The notes: generated by a model not told the origin, from the letters alone. DNA of 64,000 nt from Tubiluchus corallicola (GCA_030141605.1 JAQGDQ010000262.1:1-64000); one strand, 5' to 3'; shown: positions 48,525 through 60,956, counted from the first letter of the stretch. Made by a program: numbers and translations.

Positions 48525-49406
48525 TTATATGTCCCAGCATTTTACGCGTTCACTCTCGGGTAATATTCTCCAATGTGGAGAAGCTTTGTCTTTTGCCAGC
48601 CAATTGAAATCATCAATGTCTTTCCAATTGTTTTGTCTTGAATCTAACCCTGCTTCATCAAAATCATCTCCGATGTTTGGATAGGAATAATTGTAGGGAG
48701 CAAATCGTAGATTTTCGCAGCTTTCGATCACACAGCGACTAGTGACGTGTATGTAAAAATCTGAATGGGTTGTTGTGTGAGTCCGCAGTTGCTGACAAGC
48801 AACAACAAAAGTGCAGTTAGAACAATCTTCAATAAAGACGGTGGTGGTAACAGGACCAGTGAATATCTTGCAGCCCTCGAGTTTATCTATGTGCACCGTA
48901 TTTGGTGTTCCATATAATGTAACTACGCACCGACTCAGCTTGCTCAAAACTACATCTGACTGTTTAATATCAGAAGGCGGTAGGTGCAGTGTTTCGCCTG
49001 TAACGTTTTTAAATCCAATTTCAGATTGAGAACTAAGTAAAGCATCAGCCAATCCATCACTGACAGCAGGATGATTGCTTGTTTTCGTGACAGGTGGAAC
49101 CTTTGTTTCTTTCTTAATATTGCTAAACTTGAACCTTTTCTTTGGCAAAAGTTTGTCTCGTTTTTCATGTATGGCTTTCTCGATCGCCGTCAAACTTTGA
49201 AGTGCAATGCGCACCTCGTATGCCGGTAGACAACGCGTGGCTTTAGATATAGACTCATGCAGCTTGTGGCAGCTTTCAAGAAGTGATTCGAAATGAACAG
49301 CAAGTTTTGTCTTTTCTACACTGTCGCTCAAGTCCAGGGTTGCTTCAATATTTGCTCGCTGTTTGCTAAAATGTTCTAAAAATGTTTCTTTTGTGATGTC
49401 ACCCAT
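48525..49406 (-). CDS. TBCC: Tubulin-specific chaperone C (tubulin-folding cofactor C)
   Basis: Uninterrupted ORF with an N-terminal helical domain (LPAYEVR..LLPKKRFKF) and a C-CAP/cofactor C beta-helix (GPVTTTVFIEDC, VACQQLRTH, VIESCENLRFAPY, NNWKDIDDFNWL..SPHW). First ATG at 49406 lies behind a splice acceptor (exon starts 49417), so an upstream exon could extend the N-terminus. Confidence 0.94.
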   Translation of the reverse strand: MGDITKETFLEHFSKQRANIEATLDLSDSVEKTKLAVHFESLLESCHKLHESISKATRCLPAYEVRIALQSLTAIEKAIHEKRDKLLPKKRFKFSNIKKETKVPPVTKTSNHPAVSDGLADALLSSQSEIGFKNVTGETLHLPPSDIKQSDVVLSKLSRCVVTLYGTPNTVHIDKLEGCKIFTGPVTTTVFIEDCSNCTFVVACQQLRTHTTTHSDFYIHVTSRCVIESCENLRFAPYNYSYPNIGDDFDEAGLDSRQNNWKDIDDFNWLAKDKASPHWRILPESERVKCWDI

Positions 49407-50799
49407 GTCCAAAGCTGCTATAGTAAAAATGAAAATCCAATTACATTACTATACTAGCCTATTATAAAATCACAGGCCTGCAAAAAGTATGCAAGCGCTC
49501 CTGCAAACAGTGTAACGGTTGGTCAGCTAACCTATTCCGTAACCCCTTCTCTGTAATTTCTCTTTCACCTCATGTGTCAGTCAGTAATTGTACGTTATTA
49601 CATCAACTTTTTATTGATGAGTAAAATGTAACGCTACTTTTTCTTCCATATTGTCACCTATTGTCAAGTTAGAGGAACAACACCACACACTAAAGGCTCA
49701 AGTAGATAAGATTACTGATGATGCCTATTGTTGCACAGACAAAGTAATGGATGTATAGAGAGATCTGCCAGAGCTGACAATTGAGAATTCCCGATTGAAA
49801 ACAACACTAAAAGTAAGATGCATTCTACAATAAGATAAAATAAGATATATTTATTTTCATCGGCATGATATAAACAGTACATATTTGTAAAACATGAGCT
49901 TAAAGCTCGTAAACCGATATCAAACATAATGTATATGAACGATAACATGGTAATAATATGTACTTCTTAAAATCTTATGGATGCCACCAGAGGTATCGGT
50001 ACAAGAAAAATTTAAAACTACATGAAGGCAGTAAAAATTTTAGGCACTAACATTTTCTAAGATTTACACAAAAAGCTATCTAGGTCAATAAAAATTTTTT
50101 CTGCCAACATTTCAGCATTTAATTACGACTTAACAAAATTAGGAAGCTCGCTGAATTTACAAGTGGCACATTTACATGATACACCAGTCCATGAGCTAAT
50201 TAGATGTTTAAATTACTCAAGATTTTCGGCCATTCGGAGACAGTTTGGTAATTCATTCCTGAAAATTCCTTCTCAAAGAAGAACATGAAATGTGTGACTG
50301 TGAAAAAATTAAAACTCGCCTTGTGTTAGAAAATGTGCCCATGGTGGATCATAACTCCAGTAAGCACGAGCTAAAGCAAATTAGTGTAAATGTATGTATA
50401 ATGTAGATGATATCTGTATTCTTGAATAATATTGGTGTCAGTAATGTAAAGCAAGTTACCAATATATTTCACCTGAAAGCTAAAGATCAAAATGGTAACA
50501 GTATGCTGAAATTCCAAGTTAAGTCATTTGCAGAAAAACAAGGATTATATCCGTATTGCCAGATTTGCTATTCAAACAACTAGCGTGAAGTTACCAATAC
50601 ATTTGTATGGCTGGATTTAACATTTAAACAGTGTGAAGGAAGAAAGATGTTCATTTACCATCTCCACAACCATGATGTTGGTCCTTGGGATTAATTTTCT
50701 TTGAACATATCCACATCAGTACAACACAAAAGTTAGTAAAAGTCACCGTGTGGCAGTGACAGCACCTAATCATGGAGTCTTATAATAGGCAAAGGCATC

Positions 50800-51000
50800 A
50801 TAAGGCGTAGCATAGCGGTTAGTAGCCCAATACTCATCAAATCTATTTTTGAAACTGTTTACATTCTGCACCGACACCAATTGTGCTAGAAGTGCTTTCC
50901 AGGGCTTAACTACATGATTTCCAAAAAAATCACGCTTGCTGTTTTTTAGTGTATCTCCTTTTGGCTAACTTGAAACCGTGGTCCCTCCTAAAGGAATTTG
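50800..51000 (-). mobile_element. CR1-clade LINE, 3' fragment
   Basis: Minus strand gives RDHGFKLAKRR../RDFFGNHVVKPWKALLAQLVSVQNVNSFKNRFDEYW with a frameshift. Confidence 0.7.
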
Positions 51001-52119
51001 TAGAAAAGAAAAACACAAAGACCCGAAATAGATTGCCCTGTGATGTGAGAAGAGCAACATCTGTAAATTCGTTTACATCGTAAAATTGGATGGGCACTGT
51101 CAAGATCATCCACTAAAATTTAATTATCGTGTTAATTGGAATGTTGAACACAGATGACATGTATAACAAGGATGTTGGACTAAATATTATGATGCGAAAA
51201 CTTGCCAGTGGAACTAGGTATTGGTGATAATAATGTATGTAAATGTTGTAATTATAGTGGAATAATTATTTATCTCGAAAGTTATATTTATAACTACTGG
51301 AGATTTACTACTAGTAGTAGTAGCAGCAGTAGTAGTACTAGTACTTAGTACCATACTGTGTGAATGGGCTTTAACAGAGGCTTTTGTGCTGGCTCCTTGT
51401 TACTTTTACAAAAGAATTACTGAACAAAAAACTACAAAAAAAATAGTTAATAAAATAAGCTAGGTAACGCGAAGTGCTCAAAGACCAAAATACTACTATT
51501 GGTATGGCTCTCACGTCGCACGACAATTGTGCCACAATTGTAACGATAGTGACACAAATTTATTTTAAAACTGCATAGCATCTCATGCAATGGTACTATA
51601 CAAACATCTAATTGCCTCCCTTCACCTACCTTAGGTAGCCCCAGTACTTTCCTTACACAGTTTGAACTTACTCTCTTACAGATCCAAACGATCCACGCCA
51701 AACTAGCAAGCAAGATGGGAAAGCACAGCGTCTGGCATTAGCAACAATGACCATTAATAAAATACTGTCAGCCATAGTTCTTCTTGTTCTTTGTTCGTTG
51801 TTTTCGGCATGTCCAGTTTTGTCTACTCTATCTGATTACTGGTCAGATAGGCAGAAACGAATATCACCGTACGAAACACAAGTAACATAATCAACTTTAA
51901 TACGTATAAACAATTTATAACTATTATTCTTTTGGCTAAATTTCAAGCTGATACCTCTTCTCTTTTTTACTTCAATTGCTGTTAATTTGTGGATCTTCTG
52001 ACTCAACCAGATTTTGAAAATTTACTTCTCTGGCTGACAGCACATTTCTTGTCACCGTACTCTTGAACAGGTGCTCTGTTGCATCTTTTTCTTTGCCAAA
52101 AAAGGACAAAGGGACAGAG

Positions 52120-52450
52120 ATACTTATTAACAGTCACTGGGACAACAGACAACATTTGCCATAAGCTACTATAAGCGACTCATAACGAACACAATAACAG
52201 TGAGATGCCACAAATAAATAACACAGATAACAACTCTTTGCTCCAATGCAGATGGTCGTGAGATTCGAACTCGGACTGCAAGCAGAGCAGCACCCACAGT
52301 CCATTATCTTAACCACTCGGCCACCTGTTCTGACACCCAGTAGCAAACGCCCTAGATCTTCATTGAACTTGCTTTTATATTTACATTTTAGTGGTAGCAT
52401 ATTAAGCTTTATCTCTAATACCCCTTTTGTCGGTTGTTTTGTTAATTCAG
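52120..52450 (-). mobile_element. Interspersed repeat carrying a tRNA-derived module (copy 1)
   Basis: Minus-strand GGTGGCCGAGTGGTTAAG (A box) ... GAGTTCGAATCTC (B box) at about 52254-52328; second copy at about 60283-60580. Confidence 0.75.
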
Positions 52451-53239
52451 TTATATAGTGCTCGACTTTATCAAACTCATAGGTTAACAACCTTAACTCA
52501 GATTTTCAGTGTATCTCGTGATGTGCATTAACTTAAAAGCATTTTCTTATATTTCATTCTATATGTTTCTTAAAGGTAAACTTTCAAGAGTCCTTATATG
52601 CCCAAGCTGTATAACTGTCATATTTCTTACTTAGACTTCTACCTTCTTCAGTTCAACTTCCACCTATTTCTTTGTTTCAATCTGGCTTCAATCTTCAATA
52701 ATTATTAATTCCAAAAGTTCAAAAAACAACTAAACTAGAATGATATATGACGTCAACATGTCCCGTGCAATGTGCATCAACCAACTAGCAATGTCCACTC
52801 GATATGTAAAAGAACTAGATTCTAGTGGAATATTAGTGAGCACTTAAAAACGTGTAATTTTTTTTACAATCTTCCCATATGAACAAGCGTCTCCATGATT
52901 TTGATGGCATTAAGTGTCAATTGCCGGAACATCTCGCTGTAACTAGCATTTGCATCTAGCATGTAACTAGCAGGAAACCTGTTCCATATCGCATTGTTCG
53001 AAAGCAAAAGCAATATTTGTACAAGAGTACGCTATACATGGGACTTGGACATATTTGTGTTGAATTTGGTGCTATGAATGGGTGAGTAAGAAGGATGGTT
53101 TAATGCAAGCAGGAAAGGGTATAGTTGCCATCCATGCAGAATTTTAAAAAACGTTTTGTTCTCCAATATGTCCCATATTATAGTTGCCGAAGCACATCCC
53201 AATGCCATCCTCTTGACGATATTCACTATTAACAAAACG

Positions 53240-53632
53240 AGCTGCTTGGTGTTGAACCCAAGTAGGTTATATTACATTGGATATATAGAGGGGCTCCATT
53301 CCAGCAAGCATTCCAGCCTAGGTCTAACTAAGGTGTGATAAGAAATCTGCTTTACTTCATCAGAACAATCAGTAAGTGTTCTTTGTAGTAGCCCAAACTG
53401 CTATTACATTTAAATTTTATCTTATCACCGTGATAATTCCAGTTGAGATTTTGATCTGTTGTAAATCTGAGTGCATTGACTTTTGTTAGTGACACATCTG
53501 GTATATTGGAAGGGGCTTGATTTCTAAAAATATTTAGAACGTAGCACTTAGCATGGTTGAACGGCATAAGCTCGTCTTTACACCACCGATTGAGTTTCTG
53601 TAAATCATCTTACAACTGAATATGATCTTCCC
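53240..53632 (-). mobile_element. Degenerate CR1/L2-type reverse transcriptase fragment
   Basis: EDHIQL*DDLQKLNRWCKDELMPFNHAKCYVL..DQNLNWNYH..KCNSSLG, resembling the RT C-terminal/thumb region, with stops. Confidence 0.75.
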
Positions 53633-53894
53633 TAGATGTTACCTCCCTGTATATATGATACTAACATCGAAGAAAAGTCAAAGTTGAGATGATGCACCAC
53701 AATTTCCATCATCTTACGTGCATCTCTAGATTCATTCGAATTTACTGGATTATGTAAGAACATCGGTCTTTTGTTATCTATCCTCTGCTCAGTATTCAAT
53801 TTGCACCACGCCTGTTTCCATTTCACGAGAAACACCAGTGTCTTGAGTGTTCTTGTGGTCGTGGCAAAATAGCACATTGTCTTTCACGTGTAAA

Positions 53895-56800
53895 ATGGCG
53901 GCTCATCTTGAAGAAAATTTAACAGAACTACTCTTCTTTGACACATTCACTCACGAAAAAGAAGTACGTTTGCATGTTTCATAATCATTTTGTGCGAAAC
54001 AATGCTCTGATATATAGTGATTATCTTATTCGAGTTATTATATTATTATTTTTGTTGCATTAGTCAAGTATAGGTTGTCATCATCTTAGGTGCTTCCGTT
54101 ATGCATCGCAGCACCACCACTCACAATTTGATGCCATACTCCCTGGTCTTTTACCACATGCCAAGTTTCTGCGTTTTTAAGCCAAGTGGAATATTTAATA
54201 AATCTTTCTTCAAACATCCAGATACGTGATTTTTTGTTAGGCCATATTACGCAAAACATCTTTCTGTACAGATGTCTTTGGATGGCATTGATTTCATTCT
54301 TCTGAACAACTTTGACAGTCCACAATTCAGAATTATATAAGAGAACAGGTTCTACATGTGATGATAGAATATGTAGTTCAGTTTCTGTGGCGAAATTTGG
54401 ATTTTCGAAGAGTAAGGGTTTGGTACCTGTTGAAAAAGCACTTCTAGAGTAAATTTTGTCTGATTTCTAGTTCATTGCCACTATTGAAATAACTGTTGGA
54501 AAAACTTGGAATTACCCTAAGAATAGTCAGAGTTATCTAATATTTATATTCATGAAGAAACATCACATTGAAATGGAGATATTATGGCTGACCATGAAAA
54601 AAGTAAAATCTTAGTAACTTTTCCCAGGCCCGATTAAATATGCAAAATTTTATAACGCTACTTCTAATACAATATTTGTTCATTCTTCTTCAGTCGTTAA
54701 TTCCAGAAGCTCAAAAACAGCTAAATTGGAATCATTTCTTTAATATGCTTCTTCTTACTGTTGCTCAGTTAACTTCTACTTATGCTTTATATTGCTCGCA
54801 TCATTTTTCCGCATGCTATGCAAGAACAACACTATTTTTACAACGCACATATCATTTCATTTGTATTCACATATCACCTATGAGATGAGCTTCCAGACAA
54901 CTTGAAAAGTGCATTCTTCCTAAGACAGTTTAAGAACATAATAGACATTTTGAAGAATATACACTAATTAAGCCCCTTTAGTTTACTACATAGGAACTAG
55001 GGTTGGTCAAATTCACCTCGCTAGCATGAGGCTGGGCTGTAGTCTACTTGGAGCCTATATGCATGCTAATAACATTTGCTTCTCCACATTGCTGGTGTGG
55101 AGTTATTTAGGAGGATGCTCGTCATTCCTTTCTCAAGCATCCGCCATCTCAGAATTTACATACAGACATTATCAATCCATTTTTAGCTCAGATTTCTAAC
55201 AATGTTATTATATATAGCTGTTCAGCAGTCGGTCTTACCAACTAGCACTTAATAACAATATATTATTATGTTGTTCGCTATTCAATTCATTATCCATAGC
55301 ATATGTTTCACATGACTTTGCTTACCATATATACGTACTTAAGTATATACGACTTACCGTATATACAAGTCGAATTTTTGGGAGGCGATTTTAAGATGAA
55401 ATTTTTGGGGTCGTCTTATACATAAGATAAGTTTTTGGGAGATGTTGCTAAAGAGTCGTCTACAATATGAATATGTAAAGAAATAATCCTTTATTGTATG
55501 CTGGACTGAATGAACGCTTATACTGTGATGCTTCACATCAGAGAATGTTCGTATCTTGACATTACTTCACAAAATTAACAGATATTACTGTAATTTATTT
55601 TAATGTATGTGAAATTAAGTTAAAATTTATATATTACCGGTAAATAAACTAGCGACGGAGCACTCGATCAGTACATGGAAACCACCAGTATTGTGCAGGT
55701 GCTGCCGCCTGTCGGCTTCCGCGGAAAATTTTACACTGGCTTTGTATATGCGTGCTTCATTGGCAAAATATCAATTACCAGCATACACGCGTATATAAAA
55801 CTATTGATTTATTACTCGGCCATTGTTGACATCATTTACTCTGGAAGATCTTAATATTTTAGGGTCGACTTGTACCCAGGTGATATATAAAATGATGCAA
55901 TTTTTGGTCTTAAAATGCACATCAACTTGTACATAAGGTCGATTTGTGCATAAGTATATACAGTAATAACATCCATGACATTTCATAATTTATTAAGTAT
56001 TCCATACACCTCACTAATTTTCATCATCTCAGGTCATGTTCACACATTCTTGACATCCAACCATGTTCAATGTCTTCTTTTTGTAATGGAAATTAGCGCA
56101 AATCAAACTTACGTGTCATAATTATGTGTGTCAAACTGAATAGTATGGTAAAAGCTGGTGTGAATAGGCCTTAATGTGCATTCTTCATAACCTGTTAGCC
56201 AATGCCGTTAATGGTTCTTTTCTTAATAATACAATCCTATAATGTATGTATGCTGTATGCTCAATTTGTTAATAAAATACCATTTAAATCAATTCTTCAT
56301 TAATACTGGAATCGCTGTTGCCTTTCAGGATTTGAATTTGGACTTGGTTCAGTTTCCTAAGCCAGTCAGCATTAGCGAAGTACGGATCATTCCGCTTGGG
56401 ACAAGTGTGAAAGCTAATTTCCCGGGAGGACACAGGCTTGGGTATATGTGCTTACCTTAATATATATATAACTATATATACCTTAATATTTAGCAGAAAT
56501 TAAGCTGCAAAAATTATACAGATAGGGTGCCTGATGAAAAACATGCTTGTGGCAATGAAATTTCACTAGAACTATGACTGTTTATTTTTAATTGCAATTG
56601 GCCTAGCAGCTAATGCGTTGAAGAAAGGAAACACTGAAAAATCTGTAGCCAGTTGGGACTTGAACTCAAGAACTTGCAATTGGAACTGGCATATTCTGCA
56701 CCCTAAGCGGATCTGAATTTGCACCCTTACAACACACTATTCAGTTTAATTAATCATGATAAACGCTGATGAGAGTGTAGACTTAACTTGGAATGGCTCA

Positions 56801-57035
56801 TAAAAAAAATAGGCAAATCTACCATACAGAAAATTATTCCAGAAAGTAATGAAAATGCAAACAAACCGTTCGTTTACCTGGGTTATTGTTTTTAATCAGC
56901 AGTGTATTATTGTTAGGTAAATTGTTCAAGACAAGATGATTTTGATTATGTCTCACATTCGTGTGTGCACTGTCTCGGGCACTCTATTACACACACGCAC
57001 GCACACACACACACACACACCCACACGCCCGCCCG

Positions 57036-57102
<67 letters not shown>

Positions 57103-58309
57103 TCATACACACTTCAACATGATTAGGGTTTCCATGGTTGTAGAAATTGCTTACTTTAATTTTTAGAGCAACAAATCCCAATGAATTCCAGTTGGAGCTG
57201 TTTGTCAACAATGTCAGCCACCACGGGGCAGCTGCATTTGAGCGGTTTGGCATGTAAGTTCTTGTAATGCTTTGTACGTGTGTAGGATGTCATTCGACTC
57301 TTTGATATTTAGTAGTAAAATTGGGGCATAATCAACACTGCCTATGAATAAGATCCCATGAGCTGGAAAACTACTAAAACATTGCTGTTTTCAAACGTCA
57401 GATTAAAATATATTTATTCTTAGAAGCCTATTAACTTTTTTGTTATTTTAATCTGTGTGTATAACGTAGTGAACTTAGTCTTTTGGGCGTTTACGTGATT
57501 GTGTTCTGGAAAATATGGTTCTTAGATTTTTGTGACTTTTAAATGGTTGTACACCAAAGATCATTTTTATACATATTTAAGGCCAGTAGTTCCCAAAGTA
57601 GGGGTAAATTACCCCCCGGGGGTAATATGGTTTTTTTGGGGGGTAACGGGCACCCCTCTGAAAATTTTTAAAACTTTGCTCGGAATGCATTTTACGTAGT
57701 TTTTGGTAAGTTTTGGCAACAATACAACAACAACACCTGGAAATTTATTTATGTCACGAGCAAACATAAATAATTTTGCTTGCCTGTGGCATATACGTGT
57801 GTTTACTTTTTGAGTTGGAGAAGTAGTACTAGGTGGGGGGTAATGGACACGACCGGGTTTCCCGATTTGGGTAACGGTCCGAGAAAGTTTGGGAGCCACT
57901 GTTTTAGGCAATAAAATTACTATTATTATTAGTATTATTATTATTTTATGCCGCTAGAACGTTTTTTCCGCAGGCTGTTTGGTCAAAATTTCGAAAAATC
58001 CCGAGTTGGGTCTGGGAAAACGCCCGTTACGGGCTATCTACCCATAGCCAGCACCACCCATGACCCGTTCCCGTTCTTCAGATCTCAGGCGTATAACTTT
58101 TGCAAAAAACGAAAAATGGACATTTTTGGAGGTTTTTTGCCCCCCATTCCTCCCGCTGGGCCCGATTAGAAAAATAAACCATCAATGAGACGACACTAGA
58201 TTGAGACCTTTCGTTTGATGTATAGATCGCCGCAAATGGTGCCGTCGTCAGAGCTGTAGCCTCGAATCTTATATATATATATATATATACCAGTAGAATT
58301 AATATATAG

Positions 58310-58355
<46 letters not shown>

Positions 58356-59006
58356 GTTATAAAAGCATCCATAATGGCTCCTGTATTTACAAAACATAAA
58401 ACACCAGTTACAGATAGTATGCAGTACTTTAATAATCAATTTAAATACAACTTTAAGTTTCGGTAACCTAAGGTTCTTTACCATTTTCCAGATTGGATTA
58501 TAAACATAACTTAGAAATCCTATGCAGTGCTACTAAGCTTATGCCTACCGATGGACTTGTTTTAAAAGGACAGTACACGACAATCACCGTCGCTGTATTT
58601 GGTCACGTAACCAGCGTTCCAAAACACGCAAGGAAAGAGTCGCCGCCCCCACCTCCGCCTCCTCCGCAAACTAAAGCAGCAGGTAATGTTTCTTTTTTCA
58701 CTACATTTTGTATTTGCTTTAAAGATAATGATTTTGACAGATTTTTTATTCGAATCTCTCATTGCTTTATTGTACTACGCAGGTATGTATATGAAATGAA
58801 ACTTATTGACAGGCAATTTGCAGAAAATACAAATTTGTGTGTTTTATTTACTTGTAGCAGTAGCTAAGGTTGAGAAGCATGTTTTGGAACAGTTGCAACA
58901 AGTTGGCAAAACTTCGTTACCGATCGAACTGGACCCGGGCAGTTTGTCTAAGATGGACTATAATGCCATAGAGAAGACAAGGGTGTGGATTCAACAGCAA
59001 ACAGAG
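53895..59006 (+). CDS. VIRMA: Protein virilizer homolog (m6A methyltransferase complex subunit), N-terminal exons; gene continues beyond the window
   Basis: Exons 53895-53963, 56329-56441, 57167-57253, 58492-58682, 58858-59006, phase-consistent. The translation ELLFFDTFTH..LDLVQFPKPVSISEVRIIPLG..GATNPNEFQLELFVNNVS..FERFG.LDY..PTDGLVLKGQYTTITVAVFG..SPPPPPPP fits the VIR_N domain as I recall it. Confidence 0.92.
54075..54460 (-). mobile_element. RTE-clade LINE fragment in VIRMA intron 1
   Basis: PVLLYNSELWTV..INAIQRHLYRKMFCVIWPNK..KDQGVWHQIV and a short (GAT)n tail. Confidence 0.75.
55325..55963. mobile_element. Tc1/mariner-type MITE
   Basis: TA-CC(A/G)TATATAC..AAGTCGA left end; TCGATTTGTGCATAAGTATATACAG-TA right end; GTCGACTT subterminal repeats. 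Confidence 0.65.
56989..57100. repeat. (CA)n microsatellite
   Basis: Long CA dinucleotide run. Confidence 0.95.
57584..57901. mobile_element. hAT (Charlie-like) MITE
   Basis: TIRs CAGTAGTTCCCAAAG and GTTTGGGAGCCACTG; 8-bp TSD TTTAAGGC/TTTTAGGC. Confidence 0.85.
57945..58311. mobile_element. Interspersed repeat, possibly Helitron-like, within (TAT)n
   Basis: Shares sequence with 4347-4475; internal (TA)n and a terminal ATATATAGAT. Confidence 0.5.
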
Positions 59007-59038
59007 GTAATCTGCTTCTACTCCTTAGCAAGATTTTA

Positions 59039-59586
59039 AGGAAAACCGGATAATTGTGGAATCATTAGTTCAGAATAAAGAGTGCTCTAAAATATTGAAA
59101 ACTACAACAGCTTTTTTAAATCAAAGTTTAGATTAAATAATAATTACCTCGGATACTCGAATTTCGTTAAACTTTCAAAGCTACGCGCAGCTCAGTGAAT
59201 CTACTAAGATTGGCAACGGCGCCTTTTTGTCACATTCGCGTGGCCGACAAATAGACGGTGGTACAGAGATAACCATGATCATGAACTGCAGTGTTAGTTT
59301 CTGACGTCATATGATGTAAACCCCATTTTTCGTGACATCACGTGTTTAAACAGCACTTTAACACTTACGCAAACATGCTTGACGCGCAAGGGAAGATGCC
59401 TGTAATTTCACAAACTGTGGTTAGTTTCTGACGTAAGCAATAGCTGTGTACGGTTGCTGTTAATTAACTTTCTAAGTTAATTATTCAAATATAAGAAACA
59501 ATTGCTAACTTTTATAGGCAAGAAAACGTACATTTTGGACAGTAAATTAAAATGAGATTGTGTCTAATCGATCATCCAGTTTTCCT
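59039..59586. mobile_element. Kolobok-like non-autonomous element (copy 2)
   Basis: TTTA|AGGAAAACCGGA ... TCCAGTTTTCCT|TTAA; homologous to 18390-19019. Confidence 0.75.
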
Positions 59587-60282
59587 TTAAATGTTAGTAA
59601 CTTGTGAGCTTGTTGAACTCATACAGAAGATATCCCTTTCTCATATACAAAGCTAACACTTCCTTACTTTTCTTTGAGTTTGAAGTTATTAGCTTACGTG
59701 TCTTTTGTAACTTTTTCTGTGCTTATTTCGTGAAGAAATTGTGCACGCCTTACGCCTTAAGCACTTCTCTACAAAATACTGTTAAACATTTGCTCTGACA
59801 TTTGTTTTAGCAAGGACTGCATGCTCATTTATACTTATTTTGAACATGTACTGCATGCATGTGCAGAAATGTTTCCAATTTACGAAAGGTTTGACCAGCG
59901 AGAGCGTATTTTTCTGCCAAAATGTACAGCATTTTGTCACATCATAGAGTGTTCATATTTGTTTTTTTTGTATGTTTTATAGTGAATTTTAAATTACCTT
60001 TATTTTTTCTGAAATTGAGCTTTAGTTAGGCAACACATATTTTACTTTTTTGTTAAACGCAATTAAACAAAATTGCACACATGCATGTGATTGGGACATG
60101 AGAACTGTCTTTACGCTAAACGCACATTGGGCCGTTAAATAATAAATTTATTCTTTAGTACTGAGTTCCAATTGGTAATGAACATTGGAGACTTCTAGGT
60201 TGATTTAAAAAGTGGTAGGGGCACAGCTAGGTTTGAAAGTTAGTGGGAGTAAGCAAAAAATGGGACAAAAAGGGCCAAAGTC

Positions 60283-60580
60283 ACTTATTTACAGTCACTG
60301 GGACAACAGACAACATTAGCCATTGGCTATTATAAGTGACTCTTAACGAACACTGCAACACCGAGACAGACGTTACTAATAAATAACACAGATAACAACT
60401 GTTTGCTCCAATACAGGTGGTCGTGGGATTTGAACTCGGACTGCAAGCAAAGCACAGTCCACCCATTCTGACACCCAGTAGCAGATGCCCTAGATCTTCA
60501 TTGAACTTGCTCTTCTAATTACATTTTAGTCGTAGCATATTAAGCTTTATCTCTGATTCCCATTTGTGTTTACTCAGTTA
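60283..60580 (-). mobile_element. Interspersed repeat with a tRNA-derived module (copy 2, A box deleted)
   Basis: Colinear with 52120-52450. Confidence 0.75.
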
Positions 60581-60956
60581 ACATTGACTGTCAAGCCACC
60601 TTGACTGTCAAGCGTCCTTGACACAAGCACATAAAAAAGACGCCATGATACAAACAAAACGATTTTTAACAGTAGCGATATATAATTGACAGTAGACCTA
60701 CTGCTGGACAGCCGTGTTTAGACAATCATGTGACAAGAATACATTATGATAATTAGATTTGGGGCAATTTGATCCTTTGTTCAATTAGTCAATGCTGACA
60801 AATGAGTTGTGCAAATGCACGCTTATTTCAAAAACACGGGAGACAGGCTGGTCAAATAAAGTAATGACTCCAGAAAATTCTATCAGGGCCATGCGATTTT
60901 AAAAAAAATAAAAAATTGATTCAACTTTTTATTTGCACAACTGAACTAAAGAGTTA

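Noticed and set aside
50200-50750. Host gene upstream of TBCC
   Set aside because: Many stops; fragments such as GVSNVKQVTNIFHLK..MLKFQVKSFAEKQ look more like a decayed LINE ORF1.
52254-52328. Functional tRNA gene
   Set aside because: The acceptor and anticodon arms do not pair properly, and it sits inside a repeat whose second copy has lost the A box.
56531-56800. More hammerheads at the CTGATGA sites near 56531 and 56766
   Set aside because: No convincing helix II/GAAA register; the 7-mer is expected several times by chance.
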